Assembly: GCA_040954595.2 (NCBI GenBank)
Contig: CM082579.2
Location: 12,835,834 to 12,899,833 of the forward strand
Source of the DNA: Balanoglossus misakiensis
Lineage: Eukaryota; Animalia; Hemichordata
Direction: 5' to 3'
Length of the DNA: 64,000 nucleotides
Shown here: positions 37,101 through 49,388 of the stretch, piece after piece
How positions within the stretch are numbered: position 1 is the stretch's first letter
Layout: every line of letters starts with the position of its first letter
Notes under the pieces: model-generated
The model's database searches: none
What the model was told of the DNA's origin: nothing
The model's input: the letters and a program-made list of their open reading frames with translations, nothing else
Position numbers and translations under genes: made by a program

Positions 37101-39848
37101 CATTATCAATTATTTCTTGGAGCTGGTAATTTTACCTCGTATGATAATGATTATTGGACTGGATATGACGGCATTATGTTGCCTTTGAGAAAGGGCGAAG
37201 GATTACCTGGCTGCTCATGATAAATGTGTGATAATCAACATTAATTTTGCGAAAGAAGATTTATGTACTTGCAATTCTCCCGACTTTAAATAGATTTTTG
37301 CTACCCAGGTGAGTAATGAAAGTCTCATCTGGTCGACACAATTCCAAGATGGCCGAGTTTTTGCCATGTTTAAGAAATGGGAGTTCATAAGCTAAAGTGA
37401 TATTCGGTCATTCCGATACTTTGTAACTAAAAAAATTTTAAATGTAAAAAAAGTTGATTGACTTTAATATGTCAACTTCAAAGCAGAAATGTTTGACCAA
37501 AGGAAGTCATGAAATACATTAAACATATAATGTCTTCTATCTATTACTCTAGTGAATTGTCTACTTTTTACCCATAATGCAATTATTATGGGATTTTACC
37601 CTCTAGCACAAAGTGAAAAACTATTTAAGGTGGCCAGAATTATAAAACAGTGATAAGAAATGTTTTAAAATGACTGCACGTAGCAAAATACATATGTAAA
37701 AGTTATTCAACAAAAACAGAGGTTCACAGATGGCCACCATCTTGAAATTATGCAAATTAGCTCATTATAAATGGCAACATTTATTTTCTAGTTTGTCTTA
37801 AGCAACAACTTGGTGAAATAAATGATAAAAACAAAGCTACAGGGTGTATAACGTTCGTTTGACTCTTCTTTCTCAGCCAAAATGCAATACGTTGGCGGCC
37901 ATTTTGATTATGCTAATTTATTCAAATTGCTCAATGCTGACAGAGCTCCAGTAACAATTTTTTTCACTTTGGTGATCTATACAAGCAGAATCCGCTTTAA
38001 AAAAAACTTTAGACGCCAAAACAAGGTTTACCCCTCTGGCGGCCGGACTAAATCCGCTTGTAGACACAAGAGTGAAAAACTTGCCAAAATGAATAATCCG
38101 TGTTTACCATTTATTCGTTGTGGCAAGATTTTTCCTCTTATATCATACAGACGGGATGGAAGTTGTGTGTGGTCGAATGTTGAGTCACTATATATCTACA
38201 TATATAACATAAACGGTGTCATTCATCAAAGATAATGTACAAAGGGCAACGGGAGAGAGACGTTGTCCCTTTAGAATCCAGTACGTATAAGTCTGGATTT
38301 TTCTTTCAAAAACTTCAAATGATATAATGGTAACAGTAACTTTTGTTAATTTTTAAATGTAGCCGTTTTCTGTATTAATTTAAGTTTCTTATTGAACTCA
38401 TTAGAACACATGACTTCGACAAGTGTACAGTTTATTGTAATAGACTGTATGTATTTTAAAACTATATCTACTATGTATATGGGTCACTAGTCCTTATTTT
38501 TAGCAAGTCAAAGATTGTAGACACCTATGAAATATTAGGTTCCAGTAACCATGGAGACTACACAGTCACACATGTCATGAATACTGACAACGGCCCGTTG
38601 ACTTTGAAAGAGGCTACGGCAGAGGTAAGGGATAGACAATACATCAACCTATTTCCACCAAGCAACACCAAAGCATTAATTTAAAAGAATATTAAAATAG
38701 ACTTGACTAGCAAATTTCTATTGTGTACGAAAATATCGCCACGACATTCTACTTAGGTGATTGTGGAAAATAAAAACATCCAGTTTTTACATAAAATATC
38801 ATGATGCCTGAGACTGATTTTTGTTCATTACACTTTATCACATTTGGCTATGACGAAGAAGTAAACTACAGTGTAGGTAATTACTTAGCCAAGTGTCAAT
38901 GCAGTTGGCAAAATTGCTGGGTAAATGGCTGGTTTTCAGTTTGTATTACTACCACCACCCAAGTTCCAGCGTCATTTATTCAATGTTTTGAACGAATTTG
39001 GCTAATTTGTGAATGTGTGAGAAAAATAATCTTACACACCAAGGACCTGGGATCATATTTCTCACACTCGTCGGGGATATTCTGTCCCACACTCGACTGC
39101 GGCTCGTGTGGGACAGAAAATCCCCAACTCGTGTGAGAAATATGATCCCAGGTCCTTGGGAGTGTGAGATTCTATTAGTCACACATGTCATGAATACTGA
39201 CAACGGCCCGTTGACTTTGAAAGAGGCTACGGCAGAGGTAAGGGATAGACAATACATCAACCTATTTCCACCAAGCAACACCAAAGCATTAATTTAAAAG
39301 AATATTAAAATAGACTTGACTAGCAAATTTCTAATGTGTACGAAAATATCGCCATGACATTCTACTTAGGTGATTGTGGAAAATAAAAACATCCAGTTTT
39401 TACATAAAATATCATGATGCCTGAGAGTGATTTTTGTTCATTACACTTTATCACATTTGGCTATGACAAAGAAGTAAACTACAGTGTAGGTAATTACTTA
39501 GCCAAGTGTCAATGCAGTTGGCAAAATTGCTGGGTAAATGGCTGGTTTTCAGTTTGTATTACTACCACCATCACTGTATACTTTAAATGTCTACAATTTA
39601 ATTGTGAAACCTTTTTCAGGAAAAAGTGGTATACTCCAGAAACACTCGACGGCTTCCGATGTACACCTTACCACTGAGCATATTCATTGATGACACGAGT
39701 GGCAATACATCGAAGCAGTGGAACAGCTACCATGTTCTGTCTATCCAGTTGTCTGGGTTTCCTATCAAAGAAAAGGATAAACTTAGAAATGTTCACTTCC
39801 TTTCCACACCAAACATCGTGCAGTCAACATAATTTATCGTTCCTATTA
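34111..39848 (+). repeat. Local segmental duplication of 40397-42180 (with a later Academ-like insertion and internal re-duplication)
   Basis: 34111-34295 plus 38051-38563 match 40397-41093. 38962-39848 matches 41293-42179. 38564-38958 is a third copy of 39178-39570 / 41508-41901. Confidence 0.85.
34296..38050 (+). mobile_element. Non-autonomous Academ-like DNA transposon, copy 1 (3755 bp)
   Basis: Termini TAGTCCGGCCGCCA ... TGGCGGCCGGACTA with 3-bp TSD AAT. Empty site CCTTCAAATCCGC at about 40574-40586. Subterminal ~185-bp repeats. Confidence 0.8.
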
Positions 39849-40161
39849 TGCCTGGAATTCCATTGACCAATGACATTCAGGAAGAGGTTACATACAAGAC
39901 CAACTTCCTTACTATCATTGGTCATTTGGAATCCAGTACATTCTTATCTGACAGGCTTGTTTGTTTCATTGTGGCATAGTAAATATCTACTTGTAACAGG
40001 TCGGTCATAATGAAGTTGGTACCTTTAGAAAGATGACAGCTGAGGTACAGAGTGTATTGCTACCTAGTGATGAGCACCTCAACCCGTCCAGGGACCTGCT
40101 TCTTGAAAGGTACTCTTCTTGGGACACTATTTTAATATCGTTCATCTTTCAATGTATTTAA

Positions 40162-40799
40162 AGGGACAAAGTCTCTCTCGCTGCCTTTTTTTCCAATACT
40201 TATGTGTGATACAAGACACTGTTTATGTTATTCTACATGTGGATATATAGGGATAAACTGTGTTTACGCCATCTTGGAATTTGCAGTGCATTATGGGTCA
40301 ATTTCTTTCCGGTTGGGGGGGGGGGGGAGTAGCTTCTACAACCTATCCAATTTTCCAGCGATTTTGTCAGATTTTCTTCAAGTAACGATAGTAGTACTTG
40401 TAGTAGTTACATGAAGAAAATCTGACTAAACCGCTGGAAAATGGATAGGTTGTAGACGCTACTCCTCCCCCCCCCCCCAACCGGAAAGAAATTGACCCAT
40501 AATGCACTGCAAATTTCCAAGATGGCGTAAACACAATTTATCCCTATAGAGAATCAACGTTCAACCACACACACCTTCAAATCCGCTTGTAGACACAAGA
40601 GTGAAAAACTTGTCAAAATGAATAATCCGTGTTTACCGTTTATTCGTTGTGGCAAGATTTTTCCTCTTATATCATACAGACGGGATGGAAGTTGTGTGTG
40701 GTCGAATGTTGAGTCACTATATATCTACATATATAACATAAACGGTGTCATTCATCAAAGATAATGTACAAAGGGCAATGGGAGAGAGACTTTGTCCCT
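40162..40799. mobile_element. Kolobok-type MITE (same family as 26537) containing a nested palindromic MITE
   Basis: TTAA|AGGGACAAAGTCTCTCTCGCTGCC ... GAGAGACTTTGTCCCT|TTAG. Confidence 0.8.
40250..40544. mobile_element. Palindromic MITE at a TA/TATA target
   Basis: TATA|GGGATAAACTGTGTTTACGCCATCTTGGAA ... TTCCAAGATGGCGTAAACACAATTTATCCC|TATA. The uninterrupted MITE at ~26620 lacks it. Confidence 0.8.
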
Positions 40800-41089
40800 T
40801 TAGAATCCAGTACGTATAAGTCTGGATTTTTCTTTCAAAAACTTCAAATGATATAATGGTAACAGTAACTTTTGTTAATTTTTAAATGTAGCCGTTTTCT
40901 GTATTAATTTAAGTTTCTTATTGAACTCATTAGAACACATGACTTCGACAAGTGTACAGTTTATTGTAATAGACTGTATGTATTTTAAAACTATATCTAC
41001 TATGTATATAGGTCACTAGTCCTAATTAGTAGCAAGTCAAAGATTGTAGACACCTATGAAATATTAGGTTCCAGTAACCATGGAGACTA

Positions 41090-41508
41090 CACATTCTCAC
41101 ACTCCTGGCACGCTGGGAGTGTGAGAACATAGTGTGAGAACAAATTGTCCTCACACTCTCATGAATCGACAGCTGTATATGACGCGAGCGCTGATTGGTT
41201 GACAAAGCGTTATTTTGCTACGCGCGCTAAAAGTTATCCAATGGCGCGATGTGTGTTACAGGGACAGAGACTACAACGTGCCCCCAGACGACAGTTCCAG
41301 CGTCATTTATTCAATGTTTTGAACGAATTTGGCTAATTTGTGACTGTGTGAGAAAAATAATCTCACACACCAAGGACCTGGGATCATATTTCTCACACTC
41401 GTCGGGGATATTCTGTCCCACACTCGACTGCGGCTCGTGTGGGACAGAAAATCCCCAACTCGTGTGAGAAATATGATCCCAGGTCCTTGGGAGTGTGAGA
41501 TTCTATTA
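41090..41508. mobile_element. Palindromic non-autonomous element (Crypton-like)
   Basis: Many TCTCACACTC/GAGTGTGAGA motifs and a long fold-back centred on CACTCGACTGCGGCTCGTG. Absent from the duplicate locus at ~38560. Confidence 0.6.
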
Positions 41509-42618
41509 GTCACACATGTCATGAATACTGACAACGGCCGGTTGACTTTGAAAGAGACTACGGCAGAGGTAAGGGATAGACAATACATCAACCTATTTCC
41601 ACCATGCAACACCAAAGCATTAATTTAAAAGAATATTAAAATAGACTTGACTAGCAAATGTCTATTGTGTATGAAAATATCGCCACGACATTCTACTTAG
41701 GTGATTGTGGAAAATAAAAACATCCAGTTTTTACATAAAATATCATGATGCCTGAGAGTGATTTTTGTTCATTACACTTTATCACATTTGGCTATGACGA
41801 AAAAGTAAACTACAGTGTAGGTAATTACTTAGCCAAGTGTCAATGCAGTTGGCAAAATTGCTGGGTAAATGGCTGGTTTTCAGTTTGTATTACTACCACC
41901 ATCACTGTATACTTTAAATGTCTACAATTTAATTGTGAAACCCTTTTCAGGAAAAAGTGGTATACTCCAGAAACACTCGACGGCTACCGATGTACACCTT
42001 ACCACTGAGCATATTCATTGATGACACGAGTGGCAATACATCGAAGCAGTGGAACAGCTACCATGTTCTGTCTATCCAGTTGTCTGGGTTTCCTATCAAA
42101 GAAAAGGATAAACTTAGAAATGTTCACTTCCTTTCCACACCAAACATCGTGCAGTCAACATAATTTATCATTCCTATTATTGACGACATCAAGCAAATAT
42201 GCAATGATGGTGTTCTTGTGTTCGATGCATCTACTGCGAAAGATATAATTGTGAGGCCAAAGGTTGCAATTGGTATCTTTGACAGTGTGATGGGATCAAA
42301 AATGGAAAATCACTTATGAGCTATTGCAAATCATCCATGCAGAGTGTGTGATGTAAGGAAGAGATGTATCTAAACTATAAAAGATAGCCATACAGTTGAT
42401 CAGATGGTATTAATGACAAGCAAGGGCATATGGTTGCTTATAAAACACCTCCAGTGACAATCAGTAAAAATGGTGAGAAATAATAATTGGCTAGCACCGG
42501 CCCCTTTTGTATAACTCTGTTGTTTTCCTATAAACCTAAAGCTGCTGGTATGTTTGACAACCTAGCATGCAAGCCATCTTGGTGCAACAACAAATCACCC
42601 ATTTAGAGTATGTGATGC

Positions 42619-43060
42619 AACCCCGGTGCGGAAAGTACCGGGGTTCGGATTAGCATGTGTTTGTATAGTTGTTTATTTGGGAGTGGGCGTCGTGCATAAT
42701 GAGTGTGTAATTGCTCTCATGTACACAGAAAATAATTGAACACTTTACACTTCCACGCGATTGACAACTGTTTGAATGGCATGGTTATTGTTTCCCACGG
42801 ACGCTTCTGAAAAGCACTGAAACCAGATTTCTCCGAAAAATCATCGTTGTTTGAAAAGCTCGTGTACTTTTTCGTCGATAACTTATGTTGTGTGTGTTTA
42901 TAAAGCCAACTACTGTCGTTGTGTGGTGTAGTTCTTTATTCTTGGACCTGTTTGGGCTGATTTTCATAGAGCCAAGATCGTTGGTGTTGTCCGTTGTCAG
43001 TCAAAGGGCATTAAGATTCGCCACTGATTTGGGGGGTCTTTTATACCCCGCACCGGGGTT
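42619..43060. mobile_element. Small MITE
   Basis: AACCCCGGTGCGG ... CCGCACCGGGGTT, a 13-bp inverted repeat. TSD not clear. Confidence 0.45.
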
Positions 43061-43110
43061 TAACCACACTACTGTATCCACATTAATCTCAATTAAAGCC
43101 CCAGTATTTC

Positions 43111-46100
43111 TAGTCCGGCAGCCAGAGGGGTAAACCTTGTTTTGTCGTCTAAAGTTTTTTCTTAATGGCCGCCAACTTATCGCATTTTGGCTGCGAAAGA
43201 AGACTCAAACAAATGTTATACTCCCTGTAGCTTTGTTTTTATTGTTTATTTCACCAAGCTGTTGCTTAAGACAAACTAGAAAACAAATGTTGCCATTTAT
43301 CAATAGCTAATTTGCATAATTTCAAGATGGCGGCCATCTGTAAATCTCTCTTTGTGTTGAATAACCTTTACATTTGTACTTTGCCACGTGCAGTCATTTA
43401 AACACGTTACATATCACTGTTTTATAATTCTGGCTGCCTTAAAAAGGTTATCACTTTGTGTTAGACGGTAAAATCACATAATAATTGCATCTTGGGTAAA
43501 AAGTGAACACTTCACTGAAGTAATAGAAAAAGAAATTATATGTTTACTGTATTTCATGACTTCCATTGGTCAAACATTTATGCTTTGTATCAAATATCAA
43601 ATATCACTTTAGCTTATGAACTCCCATTTATTAAACATGGCAAAAATCGGCCATCTTGAAATTGTGTCGACCAGATGAGATTTTTATTACTCACCCGGGT
43701 AGCAAAAATCTATTTTAAGTAGGGAGAATTTCAAGTACATAAATCTTCTTTTCCAGTCGCAAAATTAATGTTGATTATAACACATTTATTATGAACAACC
43801 AGGTAATCCTTCGACTTTTCTCAAAGGCAACATAATGTCGTCATATCTAGTCAAATAATCATTATCATACGAGGTAAAATTACCAGATCCAGGAATATTT
43901 GATAATGGCAGTTGCTATATTTTATCGCCTTGAACTACTTGAAGTGGCAGTACCATGTGTGCGGAATTGGACAACGTATCATGCTTGAATGTTACCCCAA
44001 TCAAGATTGACCAAAATGAACAAACTCAAGTGTAATTTGCCAAAATGCCGAATTATTGTTGTGAGTCAAATCCAGAAATACTATCACTTGTCCATTGAGT
44101 GACCGATGTGTCATATTTGGAATTACTAAGTCTCTATAACTACCACTGAATTTTGTAAATTATTCTGCGAAATTCAGAGAATGCCTGCCTAAATTTTGTT
44201 TTAAAGCTAATAAGCTGTGTCTAATTTTAAAGTCCTCATATGAGTTGCAAACTTTACCGTATCTCGGGAGTTTTGTTTATACATCCCAAAACTTGGCAAA
44301 CAATGACTCACGAAAAATATACATACATATTGTGAAACCAATTCGAACATTTAAAAAGGGCAAGGATACACAAGGAACACCAATGCCTAATGTTTGTGCC
44401 TGTTCTACCTGCAAGCTGGAACCTTAAAGAGTGTACGATGAGGAAGTTAAACAAACTTTGATGATAAATCATGGATGTTGAAGGATTGATTGAGCAAGCT
44501 TTACGAAGTACCTGTTGATTATAAAATAAAACACAGCTATATTCAAACAGGAGCGCAGATTATTTTGGAACTACCTTGAAACATTCTTTTCCAGCAATTG
44601 TGTATTTTTAAAGGTCAGATAGGCAGCCAACTGAAGGAAAATGTTAGAACGCTTAAAATGAATGAATTTCCCTTTTTTATCTAAGTGATGCTAATTTCCT
44701 TTAAAAGCACAAACGCTGTTGGCTATTTCTCACTACAACATATGTGTTGGCATCTCATTTTAATGTATCATCAACAATGGAGCCAAGGTATGTGAAAGTC
44801 GAGACAATTTCTACTTGATTTTTATAATGGTCTTCTTGCGCATTCGTTCAGGTGTCTCAAGATGTTTCTGTAATGTATTTAAAATAAGGAGCTTAACATC
44901 TTCTACACCAGTACTTTTCGAAAACACACATCAAAGTGTGTAGAAGGTACGGAAAACTTTACAGATTTATCCAGTGTTTTCATGAAAATAGATATTAATG
45001 CAATGGAGTTGGAAATCAATTAATTGGAATTTGAACGATTTGTAGAGGGAATAATAAAAGTGTGAACATAGATTTGAGGAAGGTTGAGAGATCCCCTCAG
45101 CTGAGCAGTTCATTATTTCAAGGCGAATAACAAAAGTCATCTGGGGACCAGGCTTTTTATTTAATTTCAGTGCGTTTAGGGTTATAGCAACCATTTCATT
45201 TTTAATGTCTACCTGTAGGCCAGATATAGTAGGATTGTTCACAATTACGAAATCGAAGACTTATCTAAGGCGTTACTAGCAATCCTTTTATATCATATTT
45301 TGTAGAGATTGCATAAACTCAGCTCCATATGAATATATAGAAAGGTAACAGGAAATTCAGCATTCTTATCATTTCAACTTCAGGTGTATTTACACTTGGC
45401 ATCATTGTTGAAAAATATAGCCTGAGTTGTGTTTAATAACAATATGCTCATGCCTACCACTGACATGAAAGAAAGCCCGTTTCACCTGTAAAGTTAGTTT
45501 CTGTTGTAATGAGACAGTTTCCTCCCTTTGGTGTTTGTATGGGAATAGGAGACTGTAGGTGTGTCCTGAATCTTAAGAATGGTGGTAACTTTATTCATTA
45601 TATCCTTGTCTAAAATGTTGCCAATGTTTATTCTGTCCATCCTTTGTAAACAAATCTGGAAATTATGGATAACAACCTCATGTTGACTGCTGAGACACTC
45701 TGCTCGAAAATATTTAATGGGCGTATCTTTGTCTAGGAAACAAATAATGGATATGTATACGGGTGTTTCAGGATTGTTATTCATTTGGAAACACACAAAT
45801 ATGATCAGAACAATATCAATATACAGTGTAGTTCATAGAATACGTTATAATCTGCGTTTATACAGTTCAAGCTTTCCTGTAAAATGTGGGGTATACATTA
45901 AAGCCTCATCTGCTACAAGTTGATAAAAAGCAATTTAGCTTTAATTAATCTCTTATATGCTTATAATTCAGTCAAATAAATGATATTGCCTGATAGTATA
46001 TCAAGAAAACACTTATTTGTGACAAAATGGCCCCAAAATGAAAGGATCATCAGTACAGTGAAAAAAAACGCAATTTTAAAAAAAGTGAAATATTGCAATG

Positions 46101-46806
46101 AAAAATAAAAATCTAATGTCTCAGAGGAGAAAATTTACTTCCATGTGTTCTACTGGATGAGATCATGCTTTGATTATGAAGTTCTAAAGTGAGAAATGCA
46201 ATGTTTTCATTGTATTTTGCATTTTACTACAGTGACGGCCATATTCCTTTGGGACAAAGCTAAATTATTTATTTGGTTAAAACTTGCATATAACTCATAT
46301 TGAGGGTTTATATATATGTCGTGGGGCTTTGACTTATGCTAATTAGTATTTAAAAATACCCAATTATGACAACTAACCTGTTTCTCTAAAACATTAAGCT
46401 TTTACTACCAAACTTTTGCACTATAAAGGTTATTTCTATCCATTTTGAAATCATTTGGTGGCCATATTTTATGCTAATTATCTCAAATTGCTCAATACTG
46501 ATAGAGCTCAAGTAACCATTTATTTCACTCAGGTGATCAATACAAGTAGAATCCGCTTAAAACATCTGAAGACACTAATACAAGGTTTGTCATAAAAATG
46601 GACTTGGCTACCGGCCCATATATATGTAATTTGAAATCATTTGGCGGCCATTTTGTTATGCTAATTATCTCAAATTGCTCAATACTGACAGAGCTCCAGT
46701 AATCATTTCCTTCAATCTGATGATCTATACAAGCAGAATCCACTTTTAAAAAACTTAAGACGCCAAAACAAGGTTCGGCAAAATAGTGGATTTCGCGGCC
46801 GGACTA
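43111..46806 (-). mobile_element. Non-autonomous Academ-like DNA transposon, copy 2 (3696 bp, inverted relative to copy 1)
   Basis: TTC|TAGTCCGGCAGCCAGAGGGG ... GCGGCCGGACTA|TTC with 3-bp TSD TTC. Reverse-complement colinear with 34296-38050 but visibly diverged. Confidence 0.82.
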
Positions 46807-48635
46807 TTCTCGTGCGTATCCATTTTTTGGGAATTTGGTAGAAATGTATGTTATGGTGCCCCTACCTGATTTTGTTAATTTGGATTTGATGGGGTCATGA
46901 ATATGCAAATTAGAACCGTGGTGCTTCTTTTTGATGTTGTTCTTTAGGATTCAATTCTTTCTTTCTTTAGCACAAAGAATCAAGCTGAATTTGGATAAAT
47001 ACTTGTGATGTCTATGTTTGGTTTTGTTCAGTAGAATACAATTATTATGAATTAAAACCTAGGGTATTCATATCATTGCCCAGGTTACACTGTTAAAGTC
47101 AGCAGAGCTCTTTTAACCGACAGGTCACTTGTTTTTTTCTCATCAAATATTTAAGCAGTAACCCCACCTTGGTCAGGTACATGTATATACAAATTTTCTG
47201 TACAACTCATGACATACAGCAACAGCCATTGGGCAAGTTATATATGTGGCCGATTGTACCCAAATCGAGTGTACACCAGATTGGAAAAGGGGTCATTTCT
47301 ATTATATCACAAAATACCACAACTGAGATGGTGTCATTCCCATTTCAACATAATTGTTTTCTAATGTAACAGCAACAAAACTTGGTCAGGTAGTACATGG
47401 TGAACTGTAATAAAAATCATTACTGGATTCTAATATTTTTGGAGAAATTATACCAAAGAAAAATAGGTAAATTTCACCAAAATTTGATAAATTCTGACTA
47501 GAGTCACCCCGTGAACATCTATATCAAGTTTCAAATCAAAGTTATCCATCTGTAATGGCTACATTATATTGATGTCAACAGGTAAAGATTGGAATGGTAA
47601 GCTCCATCTTTGAAATCAAGCTAGAGAGACATCGAAACAGAGGCCTGGTACAGATCCAGAAGTACAATGTACAACAAGAATTCGATGATCTGTTTGGATG
47701 TCAGGTTGTACACCGGGAAAAGAGCAGCAGATTAGTACCACCGCAAAACATCATGCAAATGGTCAACATCCAACATGACTGTTGTGGTGGACATTGCCAC
47801 CTACAGCTTTTGAATAAAGTATTTCTAATAGAAAGAAACAACTTGAGACACCTTAAAAGCGTCTTCAAATGTAATGCCAATCATAATGTATATCTACTTA
47901 ACCGATTTAGGTTCAAACACTTTAAAAAGACATACAGGGGGACTAGTGGAAATGTCTGTTTTACAATTTTCCATGACAGTCACTGTACACAGTGGAACAG
48001 AGCATGCTGTAAATTAAATTTCAAATGTTGAAAAAAAGCTTTAAATTTTTCAGAGTCTTTGTCCCACTTTTGCCACCCTTAACCATATTGTGACACACTA
48101 AAAGCTATTACTGCCTTCTAGATCTCAATCATTAATATAAAAGAGGTGAAAACAGCAATATCACTTGTTGTCACAACTATCAATTGATTTTTGATTTTAT
48201 TTTATAATGTATGAACTTTTTATATATGTACATATACTGTATGAAAAAGTGTCATTGTGGTATTTTTTTAAATATAGTCTTTTGTAATGTCACTTGAAAA
48301 GTTAATCAAAAAATTGATGCTTCATATGATATATATCTGTAGTACTTAAGCAATAGAATGTTTATATAAAAAAGCACTTTTGATCATTTTTGGTTGTTCA
48401 ATTTTATACATCCTTTATATTGTAACTCGGAGTATTAACAAAACAATATACAGCAAGCGTGGTTATTTGGTTGCAATCATATATCTGGTGGGAATTAATT
48501 ACTAAGTAAATGTACAAAATATAATTTACACAAACAGAGAATTTGACTTTAAAAAATTATTTTATATTAATTTACCATTCCAAATCTCATTTTTCCTAAG
48601 AATCATGCCTATGTGAGACGCAGTGTACATGTTAA

Positions 48636-48820
48636 AGGTATACGGTCACCTATGCGCATTAAGCTACTGTTACCATGGCAAATTGAAATTTAACCAATCA
48701 CATATTTTCAGTGGTTGGCACATGCGTAAAAAAGAATGCCACCATATGTTCTTTACAACACTCAGATATGCCATTTCAGCCATATATGGGAATATGTAAG
48801 TTGGAGGTGACCATGCACCT
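48636..48820. mobile_element. Kolobok-type MITE (185 bp), different subfamily
   Basis: TTAA|AGGTATACGGTCACCT ... AGGTGACCATGCACCT|TTAA (13/16 TIR match). Confidence 0.75.
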
Positions 48821-49351
48821 TTAATGATGTACATGTATGCCATTTTTGATGACATTTTGATCGCATTTGTGCTATAACAGATGCGTTCAAATTTACCACC
48901 ATGTTCAGTTGCCAGTCACATGGCAAAGAACACGTTTGAGAAGCGAGAGAAGACACTGTTAGTCTTTGGGCATTAATGGCCACACAAGCTGCAGTGTGGA
49001 TTTAACATGATAGTCAGCTGTCAACGTGAAAATAGAAAGAGTGAAAATGTACAATATTTTCCTACATGTGTCGAGGGTTTGATGATAAACTAAAAATCAT
49101 CTTTATTGTATATCATGGGTGTAAGCCTATTCTTTGGCTACCATTGAAACAAATAAGTGATATGTTTCTGACATTTAAAATATTCATGTTCTATATATGT
49201 ACTTTGGAAATGTCATTTAAAATGTGTGCAATGTTACAGTAACATTATTTGTAATAACTTTTTAATTGTGATGTAATTTTCCTTCATAAGTATTCAAGTA
49301 ATTAGGGTTTCGAGACCAGAGGGGTCTCGAAACCCTCTTGAAATCGTGTTG

Positions 49352-49385
<34 letters not shown>

Positions 49386-49388
<3 letters not shown>

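Larger units (their letters stand above)
41951..48031 (+). pseudogene. Plavaka/CMC-like transposase pseudogene, fragmented by insertions
   Basis: LPLSIFIDDTSGNTSKQWN..LSGFP..NVHFLST..DGVLVFDA..FDSVMGS..ANHPCRVC (41951-42352, with stops). C-terminal VNIQHDC..C..ER..NVYLLN (47582-48031). A partial duplicate lies at 39620-39848. Confidence 0.6.
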
